The notes: generated from the sequence alone by a model not told the origin. Shown: positions 16,520 to 26,165, counted from the first letter of the stretch. The stretch: 34,428 nt of DNA from a virus (IMGVR_UViG_3300035501_000580); one strand, 5' to 3'. Program-made: numbers and translations.

Positions 16520-18304
16520 ATGGCTACTAATTCTTTTTATAATGAAGCTTGTGAACTTGATTCAAAGAACACACCTTGGCCATTTAAGGTGACAACGGTT
16601 AATATTGATGGTAAAGATGATGTTAAAAATCAAGTTGGTCTAAATTGGCACGAAGCTTCAAATGGTCAAAAGATGTATGGTCCCCAGTCTATCATGAATG
16701 AAAATGTGGCTATCAATTATAGAACCATTTCAAATTCATATGCTGTTCAGAATGGGGATAAGAGTTTCACTGACTATAATGATTATCTAAAATGTACAAC
16801 AAGTGAGAGTGTATATAAAGCATTTCAACATGATAAAAGAAACCCAACATATCAAAATATCTTAAAGTATTACAATAATGATAATTTTGATCAAGAAGGA
16901 CTTGCTCGATATAAGATACAAGATTTCCTATATCTAAAATATTTCAATCAGATACCTAACAACTATATGATTACTCTAAGAAGATATACTCGACCTTGTG
17001 AGGATCATATGTTTGGTTTGGATATGTCGGCGGCTCAAGTTGCTGATATGCATGGATATAGTTCATCTTATTTCGCCATAGCTACCGCAGTTACATATTT
17101 TGGAGAAAGAACGGGTAATAAATTATCTGACATTCTTAAATTTACATATGGTGCTAATTGGGAGAATAAGACAGCTGAGGTTCAATCATTACAGGCTTCT
17201 GATGGTGGACTCGCGGCTCAGATGAGAGAACGTGCTGGTGTAAATTCTAATATATTGAATGGAACTGCGAGTACATCAGAATTATTTTCATCATCAGGAG
17301 TTAAAAGTATGTTCGCTCTTTCTGCTATGTCACAAGGAAAAGGAGTTGATGTAAGTCAAGCCATTTCAAGTCAACATAGATATGAAGGTAATGAGTTTAG
17401 TGCTCGATATGGTGATGAATTTTATGGTGATATTAATGTTGTTCAAGATGTTCAGATGAGAAGTAGAGGTTTAACTTTCACTAACAACTTTACATTAAAT
17501 TTTGAATATTCACTTAAATCACTAAAATGTGTAAACCCAAGAGTTGCGATGATAGATATACTTTGTAATTTTTTAATTCTTACAGGTAACTATGGTACAT
17601 TCTGGGGTGGTGCGACAATATTTTATGGTAATAGAAACATAGCTCCTCAATTTGGAGATCCTTCACTTTTGAGAGAGGGTAAATATGGTGAATATGCCAA
17701 GTCACTTTGGAATGATGTGAAAGATGGATTAAATAAACTGAACGCCGCCGCTGGTAATGATGAATCTGCTGGTGTATTGGAAAAGTTATTAGGTATAGGT
17801 AAACAGGTTTTGAAAGGTGGATTAACGGCTTTAATAGGTAATATATTTGGTGGAACTGCTGGTGTTGTTGGTGAATCACTAGTTCCAAAGGCTCTATTAT
17901 CTGGTGCCCCTTCGGGTTATTGGCATTTAACAGTAGGTAATCCTCTTGATCCTATTGCGATGATGGGAAATATGGCTGTAAAAAGTACCACAGTTACATT
18001 TAGTGATGTATTAGGATATGATGACTTCCCAACTGAAATCAAATTCTCAGTTGAAATGGAACACTGTAAACCAAGAGATAATGCTGGTATTGAAACTATG
18101 TTTAATGGTGGTAAGGGTAGATTTTATGCCTTTACAAATAAATCTCTTGAAAACTCATACCATTCTGTTGATATCACTCAAAACTTTAAGAGTGGTGGTA
18201 ATGCTTCTCAAGAGGCTAATGGTAACGGTGTAACGACAACTACAAATCACTCAGTAACAAGTAATGAAAGAATGAAGATTATAGGAGGTAACTTGAATTT
18301 CTAA
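16520..18304 (+). CDS. putative baseplate/tail-tube-related virion protein
   Basis: Late motif; C-terminal YWHLTVGNPLDPIAMMGN...FPTEIKFSVEM resembles tube-fold hub proteins; ATG at 16520 preferred over GTG 16514. Confidence 0.5.
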   Translation: MATNSFYNEACELDSKNTPWPFKVTTVNIDGKDDVKNQVGLNWHEASNGQKMYGPQSIMNENVAINYRTISNSYAVQNGDKSFTDYNDYLKCTTSESVYKAFQHDKRNPTYQNILKYYNNDNFDQEGLARYKIQDFLYLKYFNQIPNNYMITLRRYTRPCEDHMFGLDMSAAQVADMHGYSSSYFAIATAVTYFGERTGNKLSDILKFTYGANWENKTAEVQSLQASDGGLAAQMRERAGVNSNILNGTASTSELFSSSGVKSMFALSAMSQGKGVDVSQAISSQHRYEGNEFSARYGDEFYGDINVVQDVQMRSRGLTFTNNFTLNFEYSLKSLKCVNPRVAMIDILCNFLILTGNYGTFWGGATIFYGNRNIAPQFGDPSLLREGKYGEYAKSLWNDVKDGLNKLNAAAGNDESAGVLEKLLGIGKQVLKGGLTALIGNIFGGTAGVVGESLVPKALLSGAPSGYWHLTVGNPLDPIAMMGNMAVKSTTVTFSDVLGYDDFPTEIKFSVEMEHCKPRDNAGIETMFNGGKGRFYAFTNKSLENSYHSVDITQNFKSGGNASQEANGNGVTTTTNHSVTSNERMKIIGGNLNF

Positions 18305-18714
18305 TGAAAGACTTATTTTTGAATAAACGAACATACATTAATGGTGATGGGGAAGAAATGATTAATATGTGTATTCCCTCACTTAACATGGATAGATTAA
18401 CTGCAAATACGGTGGCTAAGTTAAATCAGTCACATAATGGTAGAATAGATAATTTTGTGTATCAATCAGTATCTAGGGATATTGATGAAGGAATTGATGC
18501 TACCTTATATTGTAATCATATATTTAATCCATTTGCAGTTCAGGAGGATGATTTTGTTTATACTCCTGTTCAAGTAAAAAATCTATATCAAAAACGTAGT
18601 GAACCTGAACTACCTGATGGAACATTACATTCAAGTAGTAATAAAGAAACAGAGAAAATGTCATACGCCAAAACAGTCGAATACTTAGCTCGATTAGGTT
18701 TAGGTGTAGTCTAA
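18304..18714 (+). CDS. baseplate wedge gp53-like / LysM-like protein
   Basis: RIDNFVY...LYCNHIFNPF..QEDD.VYTP pattern typical of gp53-like proteins; TAATG coupling. Confidence 0.55.
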   Translation: MKDLFLNKRTYINGDGEEMINMCIPSLNMDRLTANTVAKLNQSHNGRIDNFVYQSVSRDIDEGIDATLYCNHIFNPFAVQEDDFVYTPVQVKNLYQKRSEPELPDGTLHSSSNKETEKMSYAKTVEYLARLGLGVV

Positions 18715-18719
18715 AAAAA

Positions 18720-18781
18720 ATTTATACCTTATCTGGTATAAATGTAACGAAAATCATAAAAACTATACCTTAATGGGTATA
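18720..18781. repeat. two TATACC-N6-GGTATA palindromes 41 bp apart
   Basis: 18720-18743 ATTTATACC-TTATCT-GGTATAAAT; 18764-18781 TATACC-TTAATG-GGTATA. Confidence 0.7.
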
Positions 18782-18784
18782 AAA

Positions 18785-18812
18785 AAAGGAGAGGAATTTT
18801 AACCTCTCCTTT
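18785..18812. terminator. bidirectional terminator
   Basis: AAAGGAGAGG / CCTCTCCTTT. Confidence 0.8.
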
Positions 18813-18813
18813 C

Positions 18814-19515
18814 TTATTCATAATATACTAAGTTTGAAAAATCTCCCATTTGTATTTTTTCGATAGGTGGATCTGTTGTTATTCCACCATTTGTAGTAGC
18901 CATGTGGTGATGGTTGTTGAAAATCTCCATCAATCGACTACCTAATATTAATTTTTCAGAAGCATCATTTCCAAGTTTAATTTCTCTGCTATCTTTAATA
19001 TTAATAACTCCTGTTGTTGAAATGTTTATATCATTGTTATTCTTCAATTCAATAACACTTCCTTCTTTTGATTCAATTTTTAACCCATCATACTTAGTCA
19101 ATGTGATTTTATGTCCATTACAAGTTATATTTAGACCTTCTTCTGGCAAATAATAGATTTTCATGTAATCAGATTCACCATCATTGTAATCCTCACTAAA
19201 TGCGATTACTTTCATTTCTTCACATTGTTCAGCATTGTCTAACATTAACTGTTTAACGGAAGCCTTAGTTTCTACTTGACCATAATAATTCCACTTATAT
19301 CCACTACCATCTACATATACTCTGGCACCTACTTGTGGAACTGAATATGTTCCTGTGTTACCACCAGTAGAAGGAGCAGGTGAAAACCAAGGTAAGTCAT
19401 CATCCAAAATTAGATATTGTCCATTAACCTTTTCAGTATGAACTCCAAAAACTCTTGCTTGTATCCTATTCTTGAACATAGGATCAAAATTTGAAACACA
19501 AATCGCTGTTCTCAT
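18814..19515 (-). CDS. baseplate central spike (gp5/gpV-like OB-fold + beta-helix, no lysozyme domain)
   Basis: DP..KNRIQARVFGVH, LPW, VPQVGARVYV; C-terminal NHHH metal-binding tip. Confidence 0.75.
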   Translation of the reverse strand: MRTAICVSNFDPMFKNRIQARVFGVHTEKVNGQYLILDDDLPWFSPAPSTGGNTGTYSVPQVGARVYVDGSGYKWNYYGQVETKASVKQLMLDNAEQCEEMKVIAFSEDYNDGESDYMKIYYLPEEGLNITCNGHKITLTKYDGLKIESKEGSVIELKNNNDINISTTGVINIKDSREIKLGNDASEKLILGSRLMEIFNNHHHMATTNGGITTDPPIEKIQMGDFSNLVYYE

Positions 19516-19525
19516 ATCTTCTATT

Positions 19526-20383
19526 TTACGTGGTCAAGATATACCAGCTTGCTGACATATCTTTTAATTCTTGTATTATATTTTCTTTCTCTGTTGAACC
19601 CTCATTTGCGATGGCTTCTACATTAATCGAAATTCCACCGGGTAGAGAATAGTTAAATGTCCCTAATACTCTACCTAAATTGGCCTTACAGTCAGCCATT
19701 ACATATCTACGAAATAAATCGTCATTATATAAATCACAATCAGGTACTCTAACTAAAATATCTAACACAACATCACTCTTAGGTAATTCTCCTAAAAATC
19801 TTAAATTATTGGTCAAACGATTATAGTTAAATGAAATCATGTTCTGGAATAACTGTCTTGACATATCCAAAAATGATTCAGTACATATATAATACATAGT
19901 GTTATCTGCGGATACTGCGACATTACGGTCATATACGGATTGATATAACATTCTGTGTAATGATATATCTCCACTCGTCTTTCCTAATAATCCTGAATTC
20001 CAACCAGCTTCTCCTGAAAATCCTCCAATCTCATATACACCTACAACAGATATAACACCTTCTGGTAATTTATATGTACCTCTACGGTCTTTCAAAACTA
20101 CCTTATCACCTTCTTCTGTCATCTTATCTATTCCCTTAGTGAACTTATTACTTAAAATTTCTTCTTTGGGTAATACTATGAACATTTCTTCGGTGGCATC
20201 TTCATAGGACTTATAAAACATTGTTCGAGCATTCTTAGTCAACTGAGCGATAGTTTCAACAGGAATGGTAAATGGAATTGAACCGTTTACACTCATTTCT
20301 TGTTGAATACTCTCTGTGAAATCATTAAGACATTCAACGGCTTCCGCATCTGTACAATCAACTAAACTACTAACTTTAGACAT
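19526..20383 (-). CDS. neck protein, T4 gp13-like
   Basis: LYNDDLFRRYVMADCKANLGRVLGTFNYSLPGGISIN is typical of the gp13-like C-terminus. Confidence 0.75.
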   Translation of the reverse strand: MSKVSSLVDCTDAEAVECLNDFTESIQQEMSVNGSIPFTIPVETIAQLTKNARTMFYKSYEDATEEMFIVLPKEEILSNKFTKGIDKMTEEGDKVVLKDRRGTYKLPEGVISVVGVYEIGGFSGEAGWNSGLLGKTSGDISLHRMLYQSVYDRNVAVSADNTMYYICTESFLDMSRQLFQNMISFNYNRLTNNLRFLGELPKSDVVLDILVRVPDCDLYNDDLFRRYVMADCKANLGRVLGTFNYSLPGGISINVEAIANEGSTEKENIIQELKDMSASWYILTT

Positions 20384-20386
20384 AGT

Positions 20387-21529
20387 TTACATCTCATTTA
20401 TATAGTTATTTATGGTTTCTATACATATATTTAAGTCATCAGAGAATATTTCAAGATAGTTTAATTTATTTTGTGAAGCTATATTTCTTTTGGTTACATC
20501 TCTCATTGTCCAAGTTTTAATAGCTTCTTGATAAAATTTACTATCTTTCAATTTCCATGACTCAACTATTATATTGTCATTTTCATCATCTTCATTATAA
20601 GGGTGTCCTCCATGTGTCCAATGTCCCTGAATTTCAATATACAAATCATAATCAGTTAAATAAAAGTCACAACTAAATGGATAAACATCAGATTTATATT
20701 GTGTTCTAAAATTAATCCTATTATCTGTTAACCAATTACTTAAATCAACTTCTATTTTTGAACTGTTAAATGTATGGTTTTTCTTCTTTGTATTGTAAAC
20801 TTTCATTTTACATTCATCAGTTTGAACATAATATCCACCATATTTCATTAACTGAGTATTTTCGATACGTGACTTAAATTCATCAGTTTTAGAATAATGT
20901 TCAACTCCATATTTTGAGATGTTACTTTGAATGTACTTTTCATGATTGCGGTATGAAATGTCACCATATTTTTCCAACATGGTTTCAAGGTATTTGTCCA
21001 TCACTGGTTTAGACTCAAAACCAATTCCACCATATTTATTTATCATGGTTTCTTGTTGTTTTAACTTATTGTTGTAGTTTTTATCACCATGTATAAGTAA
21101 ATTGGTTTGTTTCTGTTTCTTAATCTTATCGAGTTTTACGTCATCACTTTTGTTATTAAATGTCTGGGCTGATTTTATTGACCTTATTGAACAGTAATTT
21201 TCACCATATCTGTCAATATTGGTTTGTTTGTTTTTCTCTTTTACAACATCATCTTTACCAGCACATTTACAACTACAATAAGTTAAATAACCAATATTAA
21301 GATTTCTATATTTACATTGGCATCCACATATTTTACATTTTCCCAGTGACCATTTTTCAATATCATCATTAAGGTAGTGATATAATTTCTGACTGAATGT
21401 TATTATAGTATTAGGATAAGTTATTTCAGAAATTAATAGATATGTTTGTGAAAATTTCTTCTTAAATATATTTTCACAGATATATCTTTTATGGTTTAAC
21501 AAGAAATCTTTTATCTCTGATTTTGTCAT
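20387..21529 (-). mobile_element. free-standing putative homing endonuclease (Zn-finger + KYG repeats + Vsr/EDxHD-like PD-(D/E)XK domain)
   Basis: CKICG..CSCKC; ~6 T.x.KYG repeats; CDFYL...YIEIQGHWTHG; sits between terminase and neck gene. Confidence 0.7.
20407..20414 (-). promoter_or_regulatory. late promoter CATAAATA inside the endonuclease 3' end
   Basis: 23 nt before neck gene start 20383. Confidence 0.65.
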
Positions 21530-23391
21530 GAATAAAGTCCAGTCTTTCCGAAGAAACCCTCATAAGACCTTTCATTTCGGTAGTCTATTTCTTGGTCACT
21601 TAGAGTTGTATAGTTGTCATAGAGATTTCCATATTGTTCATCCATCTCATCTTCATATTTTTGTTGTAGTTTCTCACTCATGATTTCTTCCATCATCACT
21701 TCAAAATAAGAATGGTCAAAAACCGCAGTTAAATCCACCACAGACATTGCTAAGTCATCATGGTTACGACTGGCCTTCCAACTATTTCCCACCTTACTAA
21801 ACACCTCAAATTCGCTTACTGTATCATCATCTGTCACTACTATACTATCATCAGCAATTAGTCCTTTAAGATTGATACACATTACAGGTTTATTATCAGA
21901 CCTTACTTTCAGACCATATTTAGGTTTCTGTGCATCCATTGAGTGTTTGAATTTAAGGATTGTTGCCATGTCATATACATTCTTATCATCAAACACACAT
22001 TGTAATAATCTCATAAATTCACCACCAAAGGCATTATATTCACATACTATTCTAATATTGTCCGGTCCGATTACGTCAGTTACAAGTATATAAACTAACT
22101 TGGCTAATAATTCAAGACAAATGGTATTACTTCTAAATCTACCTACTTGACATAATTGAAAATAGTCAGTTTTTTTCTTTTCTCTTTCACTATTTAACAT
22201 CTCATCAATTATCTCATCAGGTTTCTCTTGTAGTCTAAATATGTTTAATACAGAATAGTCACCACCTCCACCTTCTGCCAAGTCAACAGACATAATCCAT
22301 CGTTTAGATTCATCCTTAAATTCATCTATATCAAAATCAGGGTGGAATAACAAGTTCATAAATTCATCATCCCAATTTTTTTCAAGGGCAATTATCTCTT
22401 TATGTTTATATCTAATTCTATGTTTTTGTAACTTAGCTAATGAATCAGGTGACAACAATGTATTACCAGTTGACAAGAATGAATTACCAAACTGTCTCAT
22501 GAACTCATCTTCACCACCACAGTCACCAATCATTTTCTCTCTCCATTTCTCATCTCTACCCGGAACTTGCCACCAATCCACTCTAATGGGATGATATGAA
22601 TTTGTTCCATCAACTGCACCCTGATATATGTCAAAGAATTTATTATAACCATTTGGAGTTGAGGTTATTATAATTTTTGAATCTTCCATTGAGGACACAG
22701 TTGGCATAATGTTCTCATAAAATTCATTGAGTACATTAGGTTCAACATGGGCAAACTCATCAAGATAAAGGGTTGATAATGAATAACCGATGAATGATTT
22801 CTTTGTTGTTGCTTGAGCTATAATTCTACAACCATTGTTAAACACCATCATGGATTGATTATTTACCTTTACACCGGGTTTCATGAAGAAAGGTAGGTAA
22901 CTCATCATTTCCTTTATCTTATCCATGATTTCAACGGCCGTAGTGAACTTATTGGCCGCGATACCTATATTCTTATCATAGTTAAAGATGGCATTGTGTA
23001 GTAAGAAAACACCGGCGATTACAGTCTTACCAATTTGACGACTTGATAGAGTAATATTAAATCTGTTGTTTTGATAAGCTTCCAACATTTCCTCTTGATA
23101 ATCTCTAAGAGTAAGTGGTTGGTATCCTCTACTACCATGTAAACAGTAACAATAATTATTAGCGAAGTAAACTATATCTTTGGCACATCTTGTTAATTCT
23201 GTTATTTCTTCATTGGTATAATCAAAGACAATACTGGGGTTTCTCACACCAATAATACCATCCAACCAAGGAGAGTCTTTATGTGAAACACCCTCTGAAT
23301 AATCTTTCATCCAATCATCAACACGTTTAGAAGTCCATACGATATTTTTCGTAGTTCTTTTACTTGTGTCTGTTGTTTTTTTAACGGCCAT
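21526..23391 (-). CDS. terL: terminase large subunit (T4 gp17-like)
   Basis: LRDYQ, SSRQIGKT Walker A, LYLDEFAH Walker B, ITSTPNG, VDLAEGGGGDYS and HDDLAMS nuclease motifs; 621 aa. Confidence 0.95.
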   Translation of the reverse strand: MAVKKTTDTSKRTTKNIVWTSKRVDDWMKDYSEGVSHKDSPWLDGIIGVRNPSIVFDYTNEEITELTRCAKDIVYFANNYCYCLHGSRGYQPLTLRDYQEEMLEAYQNNRFNITLSSRQIGKTVIAGVFLLHNAIFNYDKNIGIAANKFTTAVEIMDKIKEMMSYLPFFMKPGVKVNNQSMMVFNNGCRIIAQATTKKSFIGYSLSTLYLDEFAHVEPNVLNEFYENIMPTVSSMEDSKIIITSTPNGYNKFFDIYQGAVDGTNSYHPIRVDWWQVPGRDEKWREKMIGDCGGEDEFMRQFGNSFLSTGNTLLSPDSLAKLQKHRIRYKHKEIIALEKNWDDEFMNLLFHPDFDIDEFKDESKRWIMSVDLAEGGGGDYSVLNIFRLQEKPDEIIDEMLNSEREKKKTDYFQLCQVGRFRSNTICLELLAKLVYILVTDVIGPDNIRIVCEYNAFGGEFMRLLQCVFDDKNVYDMATILKFKHSMDAQKPKYGLKVRSDNKPVMCINLKGLIADDSIVVTDDDTVSEFEVFSKVGNSWKASRNHDDLAMSVVDLTAVFDHSYFEVMMEEIMSEKLQQKYEDEMDEQYGNLYDNYTTLSDQEIDYRNERSYEGFFGKTGLYS

Positions 23392-23412
23392 GTAATAAAC
23401 ATCTTATATAGA

Positions 23413-23420
23413 TATTTATG
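23413..23420 (-). promoter_or_regulatory. late promoter CATAAATA (terL)
   Basis: 21 nt before 23391. Confidence 0.7.
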
Positions 23421-23434
23421 ACATCGTACAAAAA

Positions 23435-23460
23435 AAGACCGATCATCACTGACCAGTCTT
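23435..23460 (-). terminator. intrinsic terminator upstream of the terL promoter
   Basis: Minus strand AAGACTGGTCA-GTGA-TGATCGGTCTT followed by TTTT. Confidence 0.7.
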
Positions 23461-23508
23461 AAAACAAAAAATTTATTAACAAATTTAAATTTTATATGAA
23501 AAAGAAAT

Positions 23509-23949
23509 TTAATCTTCTTTAGAATCTGAAATAGAAGCATTCCCCCACATGATAATGATGAATGTAGATTCTGTGGGGATACTGAAGTCTTTGTTGTCTC
23601 CAGTGATTTTATTTGTGATGACAGTATCTTTGTCAAGCACAACAAGGGTGTAACCGAGTTTGTTTTGGAAACGTTCGATAATTTCAGGGATAAATTCTTT
23701 GATGTCCTTATCCACCTCAATCATGCAACAGTAAGAACCATCCATTGACTTAGCTGAGATTAAGTTATTGACATCTGTGAAGAACTTTTTTAACAGTTCG
23801 ATTTGGGTGGTATCTTGACCATATTTAGACCGCATATAAGCAGACTTAGCGGTGATACCTTTTGAACTGTTAATCATCATTTGTGGATTCTGGTCTTTTT
23901 GTTTAATACCCAGAATTTCTTTGAATTTTTCGACCATTGTTTTGAACAT
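23509..23949 (-). CDS. hypothetical early protein, 146 aa
   Basis: Between a host-type promoter repeat and a terminator. Confidence 0.72.
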   Translation of the reverse strand: MFKTMVEKFKEILGIKQKDQNPQMMINSSKGITAKSAYMRSKYGQDTTQIELLKKFFTDVNNLISAKSMDGSYCCMIEVDKDIKEFIPEIIERFQNKLGYTLVVLDKDTVITNKITGDNKDFSIPTESTFIIIMWGNASISDSKED

Positions 23950-23960
23950 TTAGTTTTTAA

Positions 23961-24001
23961 TTACAATACAAAGTTACAAGAAAAATTTGAAACTACCAAA
24001 T
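23961..24001 (-). promoter_or_regulatory. Bacteroidota sigma-A-type promoter, copy 3
   Basis: TTTG-N20-TAACTTTG, upstream of 23949. Confidence 0.8.
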
Positions 24002-24013
24002 GTTTAACAGAAT

Positions 24014-25663
24014 TTAACCATTAGAAATATCCAACCTCGAAAATCCATCAGGTTTAGAGGTTTTGTATATCTTGTCAAATACTATACCTTCCAACTGAGC
24101 ATGGTGAATCAAGAATATATTGAGGTTCATTTCTTCACATAGACCTTTCAACAGTTCAATCATATCCGATACACCTGAAATGTCAATGTTAGAAAATAGT
24201 TCATCAATAAAAAGGAGATTTAATTCACCCAACTGCATCTTCAAAAACTTAATAATGGAGATGATACAAGCGAAGTCAATTCTTTTCTTTTCACCTGTAC
24301 TTAGTGTGGAATAATTAACTCGATAACCTCCGGTGGTAATTGTACTATTGAAATTGTCATCAAACTCGATAGAATAGTTTAGTTCCATATAGTTAATGAC
24401 ATCTGATATGATTTTATTAATGATGGGTGTGTATTGAGAAGTGATATATTTTTTAATACCATCTTCACCAAATAAAACCAACATTGTATCAAGTACCTTT
24501 TTTTCTTTTATAAGGTTATCATGTTCATCATTAAGTTTAGTCAAGTTCTCATCCATCTCAGATTTCAACTTTTTAAGAGGTTCTACATTGCTATCTTTGA
24601 TTGATGATTTGTATTTAAGATTTGATTTAAGTTCAACCAAATTAGATGTTGACATTTCATTTTTCGTCTTTCGTTCACGTTTGTCAAGAGCATCTAACTT
24701 TTTCTTCACATCTAACAAAATCTTCTTAATTCCTTCTTGTCCACTCACACATTCTTCTCGTTCAGTAAGTAGATTTACCCTTTCTTGTTTGAAGTCATCA
24801 GTTTCAAGAGAAGAACCACAAGTAGGACATTTACCAGAATCAATCAGTGCAATTTTTTTGTCAATGTCTTTTATTCGGTGAGCATATTCTTGATACTCAC
24901 TTGATTTTTCATAAGTTGATGTTTGTAAATCATTTTTAAGTGATTGAATTTTCTGGATGATTTCATTGTTTTTTTCATTCACAGTTTCAATCTCTTTAAT
25001 CTTCTGTTTTAATTCATCTAACTCATTTTGGGATACTTCATTTTCACTTATCTCATTAATTTGTCTGACATAATTCGCGATGTAATTAGTAGATGTTTGT
25101 ATAGAACCTTCATTACTACTAATATCTGTTGTCAAATCCTTTAAGTCCTCTTTGATACATTTGGTCAATTTATTATACAAAGTGAAACCAAATATCTTGT
25201 CAATAATGTTACGTTTATCAACAGCGGACAAATCAACCAGAGACCTAAAATCATCAATAGATAAGACCAATGAATTAATGAACACACTATAAGGAATTTT
25301 GAAATAAATATCTTCCAACATGGCTTGAACATTATTCTTACCCGCAGTGTCAACAGATTCACCATCTATTTTGACAGCAAAGATAGCAGGAGCAAGACCA
25401 CGTTCAATTATTACTTCATGTCCATCACAGTCAACAGTAATTTTGGAGTAGAAATTCTTGTTTATTCGATTTGGAATTTCTGAGTTTTTAAAGTTTTCTA
25501 TTTTACCATATAAGGAATAAGTGATGACCTCTGAAATTGAAGTCTTACCTGTTCCATTATTTCCCAACACTAAATTGAGAGAAGAATTATCATCAAAGTT
25601 TATTTCTGTAGGTATATTTGAAAACGACTTAAAATTTCTCCAAACAATATTTTTTAACTTCAT
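24014..25663 (-). CDS. sbcC: SbcC/Rad50/gp46-like recombination ATPase
   Basis: GNNGTGKT, CPTCG zinc hook, LSTGEKKR signature, LFIDELFSN Walker B/D-loop. Confidence 0.93.
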   Translation of the reverse strand: MKLKNIVWRNFKSFSNIPTEINFDDNSSLNLVLGNNGTGKTSISEVITYSLYGKIENFKNSEIPNRINKNFYSKITVDCDGHEVIIERGLAPAIFAVKIDGESVDTAGKNNVQAMLEDIYFKIPYSVFINSLVLSIDDFRSLVDLSAVDKRNIIDKIFGFTLYNKLTKCIKEDLKDLTTDISSNEGSIQTSTNYIANYVRQINEISENEVSQNELDELKQKIKEIETVNEKNNEIIQKIQSLKNDLQTSTYEKSSEYQEYAHRIKDIDKKIALIDSGKCPTCGSSLETDDFKQERVNLLTEREECVSGQEGIKKILLDVKKKLDALDKRERKTKNEMSTSNLVELKSNLKYKSSIKDSNVEPLKKLKSEMDENLTKLNDEHDNLIKEKKVLDTMLVLFGEDGIKKYITSQYTPIINKIISDVINYMELNYSIEFDDNFNSTITTGGYRVNYSTLSTGEKKRIDFACIISIIKFLKMQLGELNLLFIDELFSNIDISGVSDMIELLKGLCEEMNLNIFLIHHAQLEGIVFDKIYKTSKPDGFSRLDISNG

Positions 25664-25665
25664 AA

Positions 25666-26073
25666 TTAAAATCTAATAATCACATCGTCTACATTATCAA
25701 AAATTTCAATCTTTTGTGGATATAATTCTTGATATGATTTGACTTGTTTAGTAATGTAATCAGGCATTTTATCAGAGAGAAAAACTACAAAATCAAGGTT
25801 CTGTAAAGCCGACAGTATGATTTGTTCTTGTAATTCTGTATATCCGGTTGTGTCGAATAACATTAAACCATCAAATACACTTCCATTAAACAAAACATTG
25901 TCTTCCTTAAACCAACGGAAGGTTTCAGATGCATAGTCAACAACTAAAAAACCTTCGTTTCTTAGGTCAGTCTTTACTTCTTTTACTGGAATATTGTTTT
26001 CACTACAATAATCTTCAGTCCTTTGAACAAGAGTTTTTACATCTTCTGGATTGCCACATAAAGCTATTCTCAT
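25666..26073 (-). CDS. hypothetical protein, possibly a degenerate nucleotide-kinase fold
   Basis: MRIALCGNPEDVKT resembles a decayed P-loop start. Confidence 0.55.
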   Translation of the reverse strand: MRIALCGNPEDVKTLVQRTEDYCSENNIPVKEVKTDLRNEGFLVVDYASETFRWFKEDNVLFNGSVFDGLMLFDTTGYTELQEQIILSALQNLDFVVFLSDKMPDYITKQVKSYQELYPQKIEIFDNVDDVIIRF

Positions 26074-26099
26074 AACAATATAAATTTTCTATTATATAT

Positions 26100-26112
26100 T
26101 AAAAATAACAAA
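26100..26112 (-). promoter_or_regulatory. middle-class motif TTTGTTATTTTTA (sbcC operon)
   Basis: Recurrent 13-mer. Confidence 0.7.
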
Positions 26113-26138
26113 TGTCCAGTGGGAATCACCAGACATTT
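26110..26138 (-). terminator. intrinsic terminator overlapping a middle motif
   Basis: Minus strand AAATGTCTGGTG-ATTCC-CACTGGACATTT. Confidence 0.65.
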
Positions 26139-26165
26139 GTCAAAAAAGTTGTAAAAAATATGATA

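Noticed and set aside
17580-18233. ORFs 17580..17888 (-) and 18018..18233 (+, alternative frame)
   Set aside because: Fully inside the 594-aa gene; His/Gln/Leu-rich shadow composition
21526-23391. Intein or intron in terL (also checked clamp loader, sbcC, clpC)
   Set aside because: Lengths match canonical proteins; no C/S...HN splice motifs or LAGLIDADG blocks
23307-23720. 137-aa minus-strand ORF overlapping terL start and 23509..23949
   Set aside because: Crosses a terminator and the terL late promoter in an alternative frame
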